Under the pieces are notes generated by a model, which ran no database searches, had not been told where the DNA came from, and worked only from the letters and a program-made list of their open reading frames with translations. From positions 70,618,001-70,682,000 of the forward strand of contig NC_091471.1 of the NCBI RefSeq assembly GCF_036971445.1: 64,000 bases of DNA. The letters run 5' to 3'. Every line of letters starts with the position of its first letter. The first letter of the stretch is position 1. Source of the DNA: Narcine bancroftii. Taxonomy: Eukaryota. The position numbers and the translations under genes are program-made. Positions 26,411 through 37,774 of this stretch are shown here, one piece after another.

Positions 26411-28934
26411 TATTGCTGCGATTGTTTCATGATTTGTGAATATAGTGTTACTGACCATTCAGAATTCATGCAAAATTTGTAAAACTTGGCAAGTGTATAT
26501 AACAGCACCATGAAGAACCATCAACTAAAATGGCTCTCATTGGAAACTGTACAAAAGCCAGCCATTTTAATATGCATAGATCACAGAAAGTGGTATCGGA
26601 TCTATGGGAACTTTCACAATGGAAGCTACAGAATAACTGCCTGAAAGCCTGCCTTGAAGTTCAGGGAAGGCAAGAATGAGGATATAGGGTGATCTCTGTG
26701 GGTGGACACCCAATCTACCAAATCATCTGCCCTAATCACAATTTGGCCAAATTTACTCCAAGGTGTGAGATCACAGTGGGTAGTTCAGATGCAATTTGTA
26801 CAAAAATACTGCAAACAGTGAAGGAGGTATCAATGACAGTGTTTCCATTCTCCTTAGCACTGAAAACTGAGACTGGCAGGTACTGTGCACAATAATTCGA
26901 TCTCACACACACACTGGACCCTTTAATTGCTGATCCCCGAATGATATACTCCTTATTTTTCTGTGACAGGTCAATAAACAATGCAGGTTGCAGCTAAAAG
27001 CTTCAATTCATACTGACAATTAGGGAAAGGTGCAATGTAAGTACTCTGGTATTGTTGCTGGAAAAATGTCAGATGCACTTTGGTTAATTTTGCACAGAAG
27101 GACCCGGGTTAATTTCTTGATAAATAAAATTTTGCAGGAAAATAATCGGTAATGACATCCATCCCTGGTGCAATCTCTATTATGAGTGATCAGCATTTGG
27201 AACGTGCAATTAGATCCAAATTTTAGCTGAAAAAAAGTCAATAAAACTAAGATGATGATCCTGGGAGGAAGAAATCCTGAACAGACTTATTTTACATTGC
27301 AACATGATTTCTGTCAGAAAACTCAGCCATGATTTTAGTTTCCCAGACTTGCCTGCAAGTCAGCTTGAATCAAATTGACTGTCTGAAATAAGACTGGCTC
27401 ATTCATCTGGAAATGTTGAACCAACAACTATTTAAAACTTAGTACAAGACTAAGTAAAATAGTGACTAAAATGAAAAGCTATCAATTAGATTTATAGGAA
27501 CAAATATCCCAAAAAACTTGAACTGTAATCATTTGGAATCCATCTATTTAACGTTTCCAAAAGATATAGGAAGGACCAGAGTAGAAGGAAACATGGGCTC
27601 CTAAAGTAATTATTTATGGGTTTCTGAAGCCTTTCATAATCTGCCATTTAGTAACTTCATTTCACACTTTTTGAGCAGTATTCATACGTAGTTGCAGTTC
27701 TTAATAACTGAGAGATAGTCTTTGTCATAAACCACAAGTACTAATAATGATGACCAGAAAAATGTCTGTCGCAGATCAAATATAATCCACTACCTCCACC
27801 AGGAAGGCCATGCGCTGCAATTCAATACAAGTGATTTGCAGAACATTACAGAAAATTAGTTCTCATTGTTCTAGGAACACTGAAATAGATTCAGTGGAGA
27901 AAATGTTATTTGTAATTTGGACATAATACAACAAAGCCTTTGTTTTCATTTGCTTATAGCGCAGTAATGTAAATGGATTCAAAATCTATAATTAGCATAC
28001 CAACATGTTCTTAATTTGATGAGAAAGCAACACTGCTCCAAAGACTACTTCCTTAATTATCCATTGAAACTGTCAAATTAAGACCTGAACTTCAATGTGT
28101 GCTCTTCCAAATTGTTTTAGTGAATGGAAGTTCTCAGACCGAGTGGTTAATTTTAACAGAGACTGTGGCACATCTGAACAGCAGAATAGTTCTGCTGTTC
28201 ATCATCCAGATGAAGTGTATCATCCAGGTTTTAGTGTGCTCAGTGCCTTAATATTATGCATGTTCAATGGCCATGAGTGATTCCAAAATATACCTCAAAA
28301 ATTGGAAGAATTTTTAATGATAATCATCTTGATTGAAGTATTAGAAATAATTCACTGCTTGGCAGTAGAAGAATCCAGCTTGGACTATTGCAATATTTCA
28401 CTGCCAGATGTTTCCATTGATACATTTTCATAGACTGCATTCTGGGTAGGATTGTGTCATTATGGTTAGACTCTGTAGATATACTTATAAAAATTAAACC
28501 GTTTTTCCACAGAACTTTGGCCTGGAAATAATACCCATCTATTTATGTGTGCAAGCCAAATTCTTTTGGAAAATTTTATAGCACAACTACTGAGTGCAAG
28601 TAGACTGCAATAATGTTTTGTTTCCAGAATGCAGTTAATGAAGGAGAACTATAAGGTGAAGATGTCAAATACACAAATATTTGAGTTCAAATCTTTTTAC
28701 ATGATATTGTTCAAGTATATATAAACTTTAAATTTAACTTTCTCTTTCAAGAAATAATTTGTTCTCAAGATTGACGAGCCTCCAGATACTCTTTGACATA
28801 ACAGCAAAGGAGAAAATAGTTAAATGAATGTCTAAGGCCATAAAAAAAAACTAAATGTTGAACAAAACAAAATGAACTAAAGGAACCATATCAAGCATTA
28901 GATTTTTGAAACTTTTGGCTGACGTCAAGAAGTT

Positions 28935-29175
28935 TTTTTTAAACATACAGCACAGTAACAGGCCATTCTGCCCATGACTCTGTGCTGCCCAATTTACATC
29001 TAATTAACCTGCACCCTTGGTACATTTCAAATGGTGAGAGGAAACTGGAGCCCCCTGGGAAAAACCATGCAGACACGGAGAGAACGTACAAACACCTTTC
29101 GAACAGTGCAGGATTCGAACCCATATCACAATTGCTGGTGCTGTAAAGGTGATGCGCTAACCACAATGCCAGTCA
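28935..29175 (-). mobile_element. tRNA-derived V-SINE (HE1-like)
   Basis: Minus-strand B-box GGTTCGAATCC, V-domain TTTGTACGTTCTCTCCGTGTCTGCATGG and a CR1-like tail; second copy at 54785-55010. Confidence 0.8.
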
Positions 29176-29486
29176 TGCATCCCCTGTCTAATATTTGACT
29201 GTCATCCTAACTGTTTGCTCTCACCAGCAAATCTATTTAACTGGGGGTGGAGAGGAAGAGGCAGAAGAGAAGAAAAGAGAAGATCAGAAAGAATGAAATA
29301 GAAAGTTAGCAGTTAATTAACTGGACACATTTTGTGGACCATATACGTGATCATGGATTATCTCATTCATTTAGTCCTGGATAAAGAACTCAGATTTACA
29401 ATAAGAATCAAGCAAACGTTTCACTGTTTCCATTAATGATAAAATCCAATGGGCTTAAAGAGATACTGATTAGCATCAAATCAGTA

Positions 29487-29686
29487 AAAACACAAAGCTG
29501 GAGAAACTCAGCAGGTCAGAGACCTTTATATAGTAAAGGTAAAAATTGATGAAGGGCTCAAGCCTGAAACGTTGGTTGTGTATTTTTTAATCTTTGCTAT
29601 ATAAAGGACTCTGCTTGACCTACTAAGTTTCTCCAGCTTTGTATTTTTACTTCAACCAGCGTCTTCAGATTTTCGTGTTTTACTTC
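29487..29686 (+). mobile_element. Penelope-derived hairpin mini-element with minimal hammerhead ribozyme core
   Basis: Inverted arms of ~60 bp; core TTGATGA-A-GGG-CTCAAG-CCT-GAAAC-GTT at 29546-29573. Flanking direct repeat TTAGCAYCAAAYCAGTA at 29470-29486 and 29687-29703. Confidence 0.8.
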
Positions 29687-30128
29687 TTAGCACCAAACCA
29701 GTATTTAATGATTTGCCAAGTATAAATTCCTGTCCCCATAAATCATTGGATTTTCCACTCTAATATGGGCAATTAGAATTATTCATTATTAATTTGTGGG
29801 TTCAAAACACTCTTGAACAGGTCCTTTGAACTGTCATCTTGAACTGCTACAGACCCTTTCATAATGATATTCCCATAAAGCAGTTGTATTGGGAGATATG
29901 TTTGGGCTACATTCCCATGTCAGAATGATGTGTGACTATGAGAGGAAGTTGCAGCTACTGATGTTCTTAAACATCTGCTCTCTGTGCTGTTCTTGGTGGC
30001 AGAGGTTGTGGGTTTGGAAAGTGTTTTTAGAATAGTCTTGGAGAGTAACTGAAGTCCCATGATTTGGTGATGGGGATAAGAGAACATGTAGTGGATTTAA
30101 TGTCTTTCTTAAAGAATATTATTTGGTT

Positions 30129-30327
30129 CGTGGTGCATCATCAATAACTTCAAAAGACGAGACATTAGGTAAAACTGATAGGCTTTTACTAGCCATAGAC
30201 TGTCCTGAACTGGGGAAGGGGCTGTGGGACAGTCACCTTTATTCAGGAATCTGTGGGAGGAGCAGCATGTACAGTCAGCCAAAGAGGCGTGTCTAGACAG
30301 CTAAACATATATACAGTGGTTTACCAC
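30129..30327 (-). mobile_element. Short solo LTR (Gypsy-type)
   Basis: Termini (C)GTGGTG...TACCACA, ~200 bp, resembling the 41838 solo LTR; TSD unclear. Confidence 0.55.
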
Positions 30328-31395
30328 ATTTAGTTAGTTCTTCAAAGTACTAGTACAATTCTTCTACACTTAAGCAGCCCCTAGGGATTGAGAATGTGGC
30401 TTTGGCTTTGTGGGTTCTTAAGCTGATTAACTATGCATGGCTGCCTTGTTTGAGCTCTCTCATATCAACTTTGTCTCCACTCAACTGCCAGCTCCAGTTT
30501 TGGTTAATATGTTTGAAGCATTTTATCATTTCTACAGATTTTGTTTCTATGTTCACGTGGCATTATCCAAATAATTCTGAGTGACTTCTCAAACTTTTGC
30601 TGGCAAACCTAGGTTGGAACATTTCAGTCAAGAACAATAAATATTTGTCTTGGACACAATCTGAGAAATGTTAGCAGCACAGAAATTGAAAAGGAAGGAG
30701 CCTGGCTCATGATTCAGGAAACACACAAAAATTGGACCACAACAATCTTGAATGCACTGGGACATCATTGCACTCTGCACTAACGCTCAATTGAATAACG
30801 CACAAAAATCATCGTACTTTGGACTACAATCCAGATTGAAACAGCATTTGATTACCAATGCTCAAACAGGATCTGAAACATAAAACAAGAAACACACTGC
30901 AGGTCAGACGGCCTTTGTGGCAAGAGAAATAATTATAATCACTGTTTTAGGACTGGATTCCCAAGGGGTCTTGTCCAATTTTGAGCATCTCCTGACACTT
31001 TGCTGTGCAGAATTCAGAGAAGATTGATTTCTTCACTGCAGCAACACATATTTTGGTTGTCACGGAAGAGACAGAGGCAGCAGAGGAGAGGGATTGAGCT
31101 CCTGCGGTTACTCAACTTGTATTCTGGTCTTGAGGTACTGAAATGGGAGAATGGTGTTTATCTCTGCAGAAATTACACATATTTAGAAAAATGAGAGGCA
31201 ATCTTCAAATGAATGATATTTTCATGAGATTAACTGGATAGAAGAAAGAATAATGCTTCCTTCCTCAGGTGTTTAGAACCAGAAATATGGACGGTGCAGT
31301 AAAATGATGCTGTCAAATGACAAATATGATATTCCATGGCTGAGGAAGTGAAAACTGCCTCCTCATCCCCCATATCTTATTTTCTTGTGGTCAAC

Positions 31396-31558
31396 ATGAA
31401 ATGTCCAGAAAGATCTGGCAGGCAGAGTATGGATGATGGAGAGGGGGAGGCAGAGGGATTGGGGCTGTGAAGAGCAAGCCAAAAATCAACCCCAATGAAA
31501 TGTCCAGAAAGATCTGGCAGGCAGAGTATGGACGATGGAGACGGGGAGGCAGAGGGAA
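31396..31558. repeat. Direct duplication (~63 bp unit, 99 bp period)
   Basis: ATGAAATGTCCAGAAAGATCTGGCAGGCAGAGTATGGA..GGGAGGCAGAGGGA at 31396 and 31495. Confidence 0.92.
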
Positions 31559-32079
31559 TCAACTCCACCAGGTCCAAAATAAGAAAAGCCTCCCTGAGGG
31601 AGATTGTCACACAGTGAAGTGACACAGAAGGAAGAATTGAGTCCCCACATAAGAATGTCATGGGAATCTAAACAAAACTCACAGAATGGAAATCATAAAA
31701 ATAAATGGAGGTCTGAGTCCTTTAAGTGAAGTGCCACTCAGCAGGAAACATGGAGATATTGTAGCATGCCACTGAAGTAGATAGCAATTTTTAAAAATTA
31801 TATTCACTGGATAGCAAAATATGAGTGGATTTTATATGTCTGCACATCTGCCTGATTATTATTGAACTATATTGATGTTCATTATTGCAGTCTGCAGAAG
31901 GGTTACATTTGGGTTGCATTGAAGGGGGTTATTTTCCAGACTGTTTATAAAAATCTATCTTCTTTTTAGGGAGTCCTTCATATCTCAGGTGAACAATACC
32001 TGGCTCTCCTGCTTGTCTGGGAAATGTAACTGTGTAGTATGAGCAGGTACATTCCACTGGCTACTGCAACACAGGAAAG

Positions 32080-32260
32080 CCCTGGAGAAACTCAGCAAGT
32101 CAAGCAACATCCATGGAAAGATAAAAAGGCAGTCGACGTTTTAGCCCTGACTCTTTCTTCGGTTGCCTTTTTGCTTTCCATAGATGCTATGTGGTCGGCT
32201 GAGTTTCTCTAGCACTATTGCATTAGATCCCAGCATCTGCAGGTTCCTTGTTTACCTCCA
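32080..32260. mobile_element. Penelope-derived hairpin mini-element
   Basis: CTGGAGAAACTCAGC...GCTGAGTTTCTCTAG inverted arms; GTCGACGTTT is the antisense of the hammerhead AAACGTCGAC segment. Confidence 0.7.
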
Positions 32261-32299
32261 TTGGTTGCTGCCTTCTTCCTGCTGCTCTTCCTGTTCCTG

Positions 32300-33440
32300 C
32301 CATTCTTTTATTTGTAATATGTTATTGATCATTTTAATATATTTAATAATCAATAATCATACCATATACAAAACATCAAGAGAAACCTTCCCTCCATTCC
32401 CCCCCCCTATACAAGTACTATTTAACAGAGAAAGAACAGAGAAAAAGAAACACAAATAAAGGAGCATCTTCTTGTCAGTATGTACAGTAAAACATTTGGA
32501 GACACAATAATACCACAGGGTTAAAATCTTTACAGAAGTTTACTGGCTAGCCAGTAGTGATCGTAACCCTACATTGGCACCACTGAGGTACCTTTATGCT
32601 CTAAATAAGGCTGGCAGATTTTTAGGAAGATGTTATATCCCTTCCTGAGATTGTTTGTGACCTTTTCAAGTGGGATGCAGCTATTAATCTCTAAAGACCA
32701 CCTATCCATGAATAGATGGGAGTCAGACTTTTGTGTTACCGCTATGCACTTCCTGGCCACACACAAGGCAATTTCTGTGAATTTAATTTGAGAAATAGTT
32801 AGTGATCTACCAACCGTGGTAAAGTTCCCCAGAAGACAAAGCTCTTGGTCTACTGGGAAGGTGATTCCTTTGATCTCGGTTAGGATGTCACAGAGGTCGT
32901 AACAGAAGGGCTTCACCTTCGAACAAAGCCAGGTAGAATGTAAAAAGGAACTAACCTCTACACCACACCTAAAAAACATCTCTGATAATTCGGGTTTATA
33001 TTGGTGTAATTTCTATGAGGTGAGGTACAAATGAAGGAAAAAATTATAATGGACCAATCTATACCTGGCATTGATAGTAGCCAACAAACTTCCCTGACAC
33101 AGAACTGAACAGAGTTGTTCAGCAATTGTTTTGTCTAGGTCTTGCTCCCATCCCACCCTAGACTTATGCAAACCTGGCTTTGGGCTCTCACTCATAAATA
33201 AAAAATACATTTTAGAAATAAACATATGCATTTCCTTTATAGAGTAGTTTCTCCTTTCCATTGAGTTCCGTTAGAGTCATTTCAAGGCCCAATTTGACCC
33301 TAAGGAAGGATCGGAACTGAAGGTAACAAAAAAAAAGTATTATTGGACAAATCATATTTCTTATTCTGCTGTTCAAATGACATGAAAAGTCCTTTCTCAT
33401 AACAATCTTCCAGACATTGAATCCCCTTATGACGAATCCA
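32300..33440 (-). mobile_element. L1 ORF2 3' end and tail (third family)
   Basis: INARYRLVHYNF, CG..SFLHSTWLC Zn motif, IAVTQKS, FLKICQPY, T-rich tail ~32305. Confidence 0.85.
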
Positions 33441-33489
33441 ATAATTAAACATTCAATACGAATATGGTTTCAATTTCATAAATTTTTTG

Positions 33490-34510
33490 GTTAGAACAAA
33501 TTTATCTTGTCAAGTCCTATTCCATCTAATTTTTTCATCCAACCATCTAGAATTGATCAAGCTTTTATTATATGGAATATGAAGGGAATAGTATGTTTTT
33601 GCAATTTATGAGCAATTATCGAATAAATATTATTTACCTAGATCACATTTTTTCAGATATCTACAGATTAGGAACTTTTTAAATGCTACTTTATCTACTT
33701 TTCCGATACCACATAAGACTGAAGTTACTGCTAAAATTTTATGTTTAAACCCTTTACAGAAGAGTTTAATAGCAACAATTTATGATTTGATCCTGAAAAT
33801 ATGTCCAGTGATTTCTGACAAAATTAAGAATGAATGGGAAAGAGAACTTCAGATACCTTTACTTAGAGAGACATGGGCGAAAATTCTCAAATTAGTTAAT
33901 ACTTCTTCAATGTGTGCTTAACACTCTTTGATACAGTTTATTGTGGTTCATAGGGCCATATATCCAAGGACAAGTTTTTACTCCTGTGATAAATGTAATT
34001 CTGAGGTGGCTTCCCAGAGTTTTGGTCCTGTCCTTCCCTGAAAAAATACTGGAAAGATATTTTTGATATTATTTCAGCAGTTTTGCTCATTGACCTACAA
34101 CTTCATCCTATTACTGCACTTTTTAGATGAAAAGTTTTGGACTCTGGCCACCTACCTGCTTCAGCTTGTCATGTGATCTCATTTGTTACTTTTATAGCCA
34201 GGAGACCCATTCTACTCCAATGGAAAGACCTTCAACCACCTACTACATTTCAATGATTTTCCCAAAATATAACATGATTAAATTTAGAAAAAAGTACAAG
34301 TGGTACTGTTGAGCCTTCAGTTATATTTGATGAAGCATGGAGGCCATTCATTCAACATTTTCATATGATATAAGTTCATCCCTTCCAAATCCTTTTCATC
34401 TTTTTATTGTGTGAGTGTAGAGGAACAGAATTAACCACAAAACAATTATTTAGTTCTTATGTTTATCAATCTGAAACTTAATTAAAAAATTGAAAAACAA
34501 AGAAAGAAAG
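33490..34510 (+). mobile_element. L1 ORF2 3' end with A-rich tail abutting the Gypsy gag
   Basis: HIFFRYLQIR, KIKNEWERELQ, LIQFIVVHR, CDKC, AWRPF; A-rich end at 34480-34510. Confidence 0.82.
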
Positions 34511-34512
34511 TT

Positions 34513-35552
34513 TTGGATATGATGGGTGAAGATACCTTGGACATCTTTAACAGTTTTCAAATTGATGAAACAGCTTTCATATTGGACACTCTGATGACAA
34601 AAGGTAAGAAGTATTTTGTTCCAAGTAAAAACATCACGTTTGAGAGATTCACGTTTTTCTCCTATGACCAGAAACAAGGTATGAGTTTTGACCAATACTT
34701 AGCCGAGTTTCACACACTGAGTAAGTCCTGTGAATTTGGAGATTTGAAAAATTCACTCGTTAGAGACATGATAGTTTGTGGAATCCAAGATAATGGGCTG
34801 AGAAAAAGACAGTCGCGTGTTGAAGATTTGACTCTGGAAAAGGATGTGACTATGTGTAGGGCAGCAGCGACCACACAAGCACAAGCTAGGGAACTGCACA
34901 AGAGAGGAGCAACAGTTAAGGAGCTTCACAGGAATGACACAATAGTGCATGTGATGAAAATAGCACCAGGGGTTTCCCAAAGTAACAATAGAGCAAAGTG
35001 TTAAACTCAAGCAGCAAATTCAGCAGGTGCGGAGCTAGACATATTCCAAAGATGTGTCCTGCCTATGGAAAGCCCTGCTATAAATGTGGGAAGAAGAATC
35101 ATTTTGCAAAGTGCTGCAAAGCAGGAGATACCAAGAGAAAGGAGCACACAGAGGATGAAGAAATGACGGAATTCCTCGTGAATTTACTGTGGGATGCTGC
35201 TGGTAAAACAAAATGGATCATTCTAGTGACTGTGAATGAGACTAATTCGATTTAAGATCAACACCGGAGCCCAGGTAAATCCGTTATCTATGGACAATTA
35301 CAAAACCCTCACCTTAAGGAGAAAGATTTATCCTGTGAAATTAAAAGTGACAGGCTAAAATGAAGAGAACGTTCCAGTAAAAGGGGCCTATATGTGACTT
35401 TAAAACACAAAGGGTGGCATCTAAAGTCACCGCTACTGATTATAGAAAGGAGAGTACAGCCAATATTAGGTCTGTGTGCATGTGAAGAGCTCAACCTGGT
35501 GCAAAGAATTTTCATAGTGGCTTCACAGACCGAAGATAAGCACACAACACCC
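34513..35552 (+). pseudogene. Gypsy gag-protease remnant
   Basis: ORFs 34513-35004 and 34998-35255, plus protease motif (D>N)TGA at ~35260. Confidence 0.9.
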
Positions 35553-36093
35553 ATGGAATGAAGGATAACTACAATGGAGAAGCGATACCTTAATGTACAG
35601 AGAGAATCAACCTCATTACATGACATGAATGACAAATTGGAAAATGAGTTGGTAAATAAGGATGCCTTCTCATGCCAGCTAGAAGACAAAAATAAACAGT
35701 TACAGGTTCAAATGGAACTTGCTGAACAGCAACTTCAGCAAAAACAATGAAGCGACCAGCAATGTTACCAGAAGTAGAAGCTGAACTTCCCCAGTGAATT
35801 CCAGCTCTGAAAAAGGCTGAAGATCGGCGTGGCAGCTTAGAAGAACGATTGAGACATTTAGAGACTATGTTTGAAGAAAAGAAACAGGAACTGCAAAGGG
35901 CCTGACAGAGAGAGAAATGAATGAAGAACACAATAAGCGACTATCAGACACAATGGACAGATTGTTGACAGAGTCTAATGAGCGACTTCAGCTGCATCTA
36001 AAGGAAAGAATGGCTGCATTACAGGATAAAAATATATTGATGCAAGAATCTGAACTCTTAAGAAAACAACTTGAAGAGTCTCTTCATGATAAG
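35553..36093 (+). pseudogene. PPFIA2: Processed (intronless) fragment of a liprin-alpha coiled coil, closest to PPFIA2 by recalled sequence
   Basis: [104 protein letters not shown], with stops and 1-bp frameshifts. Paralog assignment is uncertain. Confidence 0.9.
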
Positions 36094-36799
36094 AATTTGG
36101 AAAATGCAAAATATCTTCTTTCAACTACAAAACTTAAAGGAGACCCCACACCGTCAGAAGAGGAATTGGCAGTGATGTCGTCCACTGCAGCAGTTGTGGC
36201 TAAGATCGTGAAGCCTGGAATGAAGCTCACAGAGTTGTATCATGGGGATATGTTGAAGCCCAAGATCAATTGCTATTGGCAAAATAGGAAAATAAGAGAG
36301 TGAATAAATTTTTGGATGAAATTGTGAAAGAAGTGGAGATGAAAGCTCTGCTTCTGAAGTGCCAATGTGAAGAATATGAACGTGTGCAAAAATCTGAGGC
36401 AAACCTCTAGGTTAAATTAGAAGATGCCATGAAGGAAATTTGCCATTTACAAAAATGCACTGATGAGGCAAATAAGCATGTTTCATTACTCAACAGGGAG
36501 AATCAGAAATACAAAAGGCAAGTGTCAGGTCTTTCATAGCAGAATTAGGTGCTTTTGACGGAACTAGAAGATGCACGATTAAATCATATTTTACGTGAAG
36601 GTGAAGTTAGTTCTGCTGACATAAGCAGTTCTTCTGACATGATTTCTCAGTATCTGGTGTCTATCGTAATGCTGCTCATGAACTTGCTGATAAACAGGAA
36701 AAGGAAGAGCAGGCGAAACTTCAGCTGAATCTTGCAGATGCCCAGAATGAACTTGAATGACTTAGTGAAACCAGAAGTCATCAGATGCAATGGGTGGAA
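36094..36799 (+). pseudogene. TPR: Processed (intronless) fragment of the nucleoporin TPR N-terminal coiled coil
   Basis: [115 protein letters not shown]. Confidence 0.93.
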
Positions 36800-36880
36800 A
36801 GAGACTAATCACAGAATATAGATAGTTTTTTTCTGTAAACATTGTGTTTGTTTTCGTTTTTTTTTAAAAGGCAAAAGATG

Positions 36881-37065
36881 TGTTATTATGAATCTAAATC
36901 AGAACTACATTTCCCAACATGCAATGTGTGTGGTTGGGCAGAAACTAGAAGTCACATATTATGGGTGTTGTCGCTGGAATTTGGTTGAAGGAGCTCAAGG
37001 AAAATAAAGTCATTTAAGTGTTAAACCAACATTAAGTCATTCTTCTTGAAAGAACAGGCATAACA
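36881..37065 (+). repeat. 3' LTR of the chimeric Gypsy element
   Basis: Follows the purine tract at 36866-36878; TGTTAT...ATAACA inverted termini; AATAAA at ~37003. Confidence 0.75.
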
Positions 37066-37354
37066 AAGGGGATTAAGGTCAATGGGGAACAGGCAGTTAA
37101 GTGGAGCTCAACTTAAGCAAATGTTGCCCAACTCCATTCTTGTTGAAACACCAATTTATTTTTTTACCTAATGTCTTGACCATACTAATATATTCCAGGC
37201 ATGCCCCAAACTCTACAAATCCTGGAGAAGGCATATCAACATCTCAAATTTCTATGAGGTCTGAGGAGATTTGGCATAATAAGATCTTACTGAATCCAAG
37301 AGCAGGCTTAACAGACCAGATGGCCAACTCATTCTCTTGTCCTATATTCTTTGT

Positions 37355-37490
37355 GTGAAGCGCAAAAGTCTGTAAACATTGTGATTGTAGTCAAAATATA
37401 GAAATGCTGGAGAAACTCAGCTGGTCTTGTGGATCAATGGGAAGTAAGGAAGTAAAGTTATATTACCGACGTTTTGGGCCTTAGCCCAAG
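37355..37490 (-). mobile_element. Penelope PLTR fragment
   Basis: GCTGGAGAAACTCAGC..CCGACGTTTTGGGCC, homologous to the other PLTR copies. Confidence 0.7.
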
Positions 37491-37774
37491 TTGTCACATT
37501 TATTTGGGGGCCTATAGACTACTCCCAGTACAGAGATTGTTTCCTTCCTATTTCTGACCTACCCACACTGACTCAGTAGATACTCCCCCCACAGTATCCT
37601 CCATTTCTGTAACTGTATTACCATCCCTGATGAGTAATGCTACTCACCACCCTCCCCCCAACCTTTACCTCCCATCCTATCACTTTTAAAACATCTAAAT
37701 CCCATCCTTGCATCAGCCAAGGCTCCATAAAGGCCACAACATTGTAATTTCATGTACTGATCAATGCTCCAAGT

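Larger units (their letters stand above)
34511..37065 (+). mobile_element. Mag-type Gypsy LTR retrotransposon, 5'-truncated, with pol replaced by captured host cDNAs
   Basis: Gag NITFERFTF..Q..CEFG..VRDMIVCGI..LTLEK, double Zn knuckle CPAYGKPCYKCGKKNHFAKCC, protease FKINTGAQVN..PILG. Then liprin and TPR inserts, IN-like tail KRLITE, PPT AAAAGGCAAAAGA and LTR TGTTA..TAACA. Confidence 0.88.

Noticed and set aside
29100-29175. tRNA gene
   Set aside because: The B-box belongs to a SINE head followed by a V-domain and LINE tail; no complete cloverleaf.
35553-36799. Genuine exons of host PPFIA or TPR genes
   Set aside because: No introns or splice sites across long multi-exon regions, multiple stops and frameshifts, and the segment is embedded between a Gypsy protease and a PPT/LTR.
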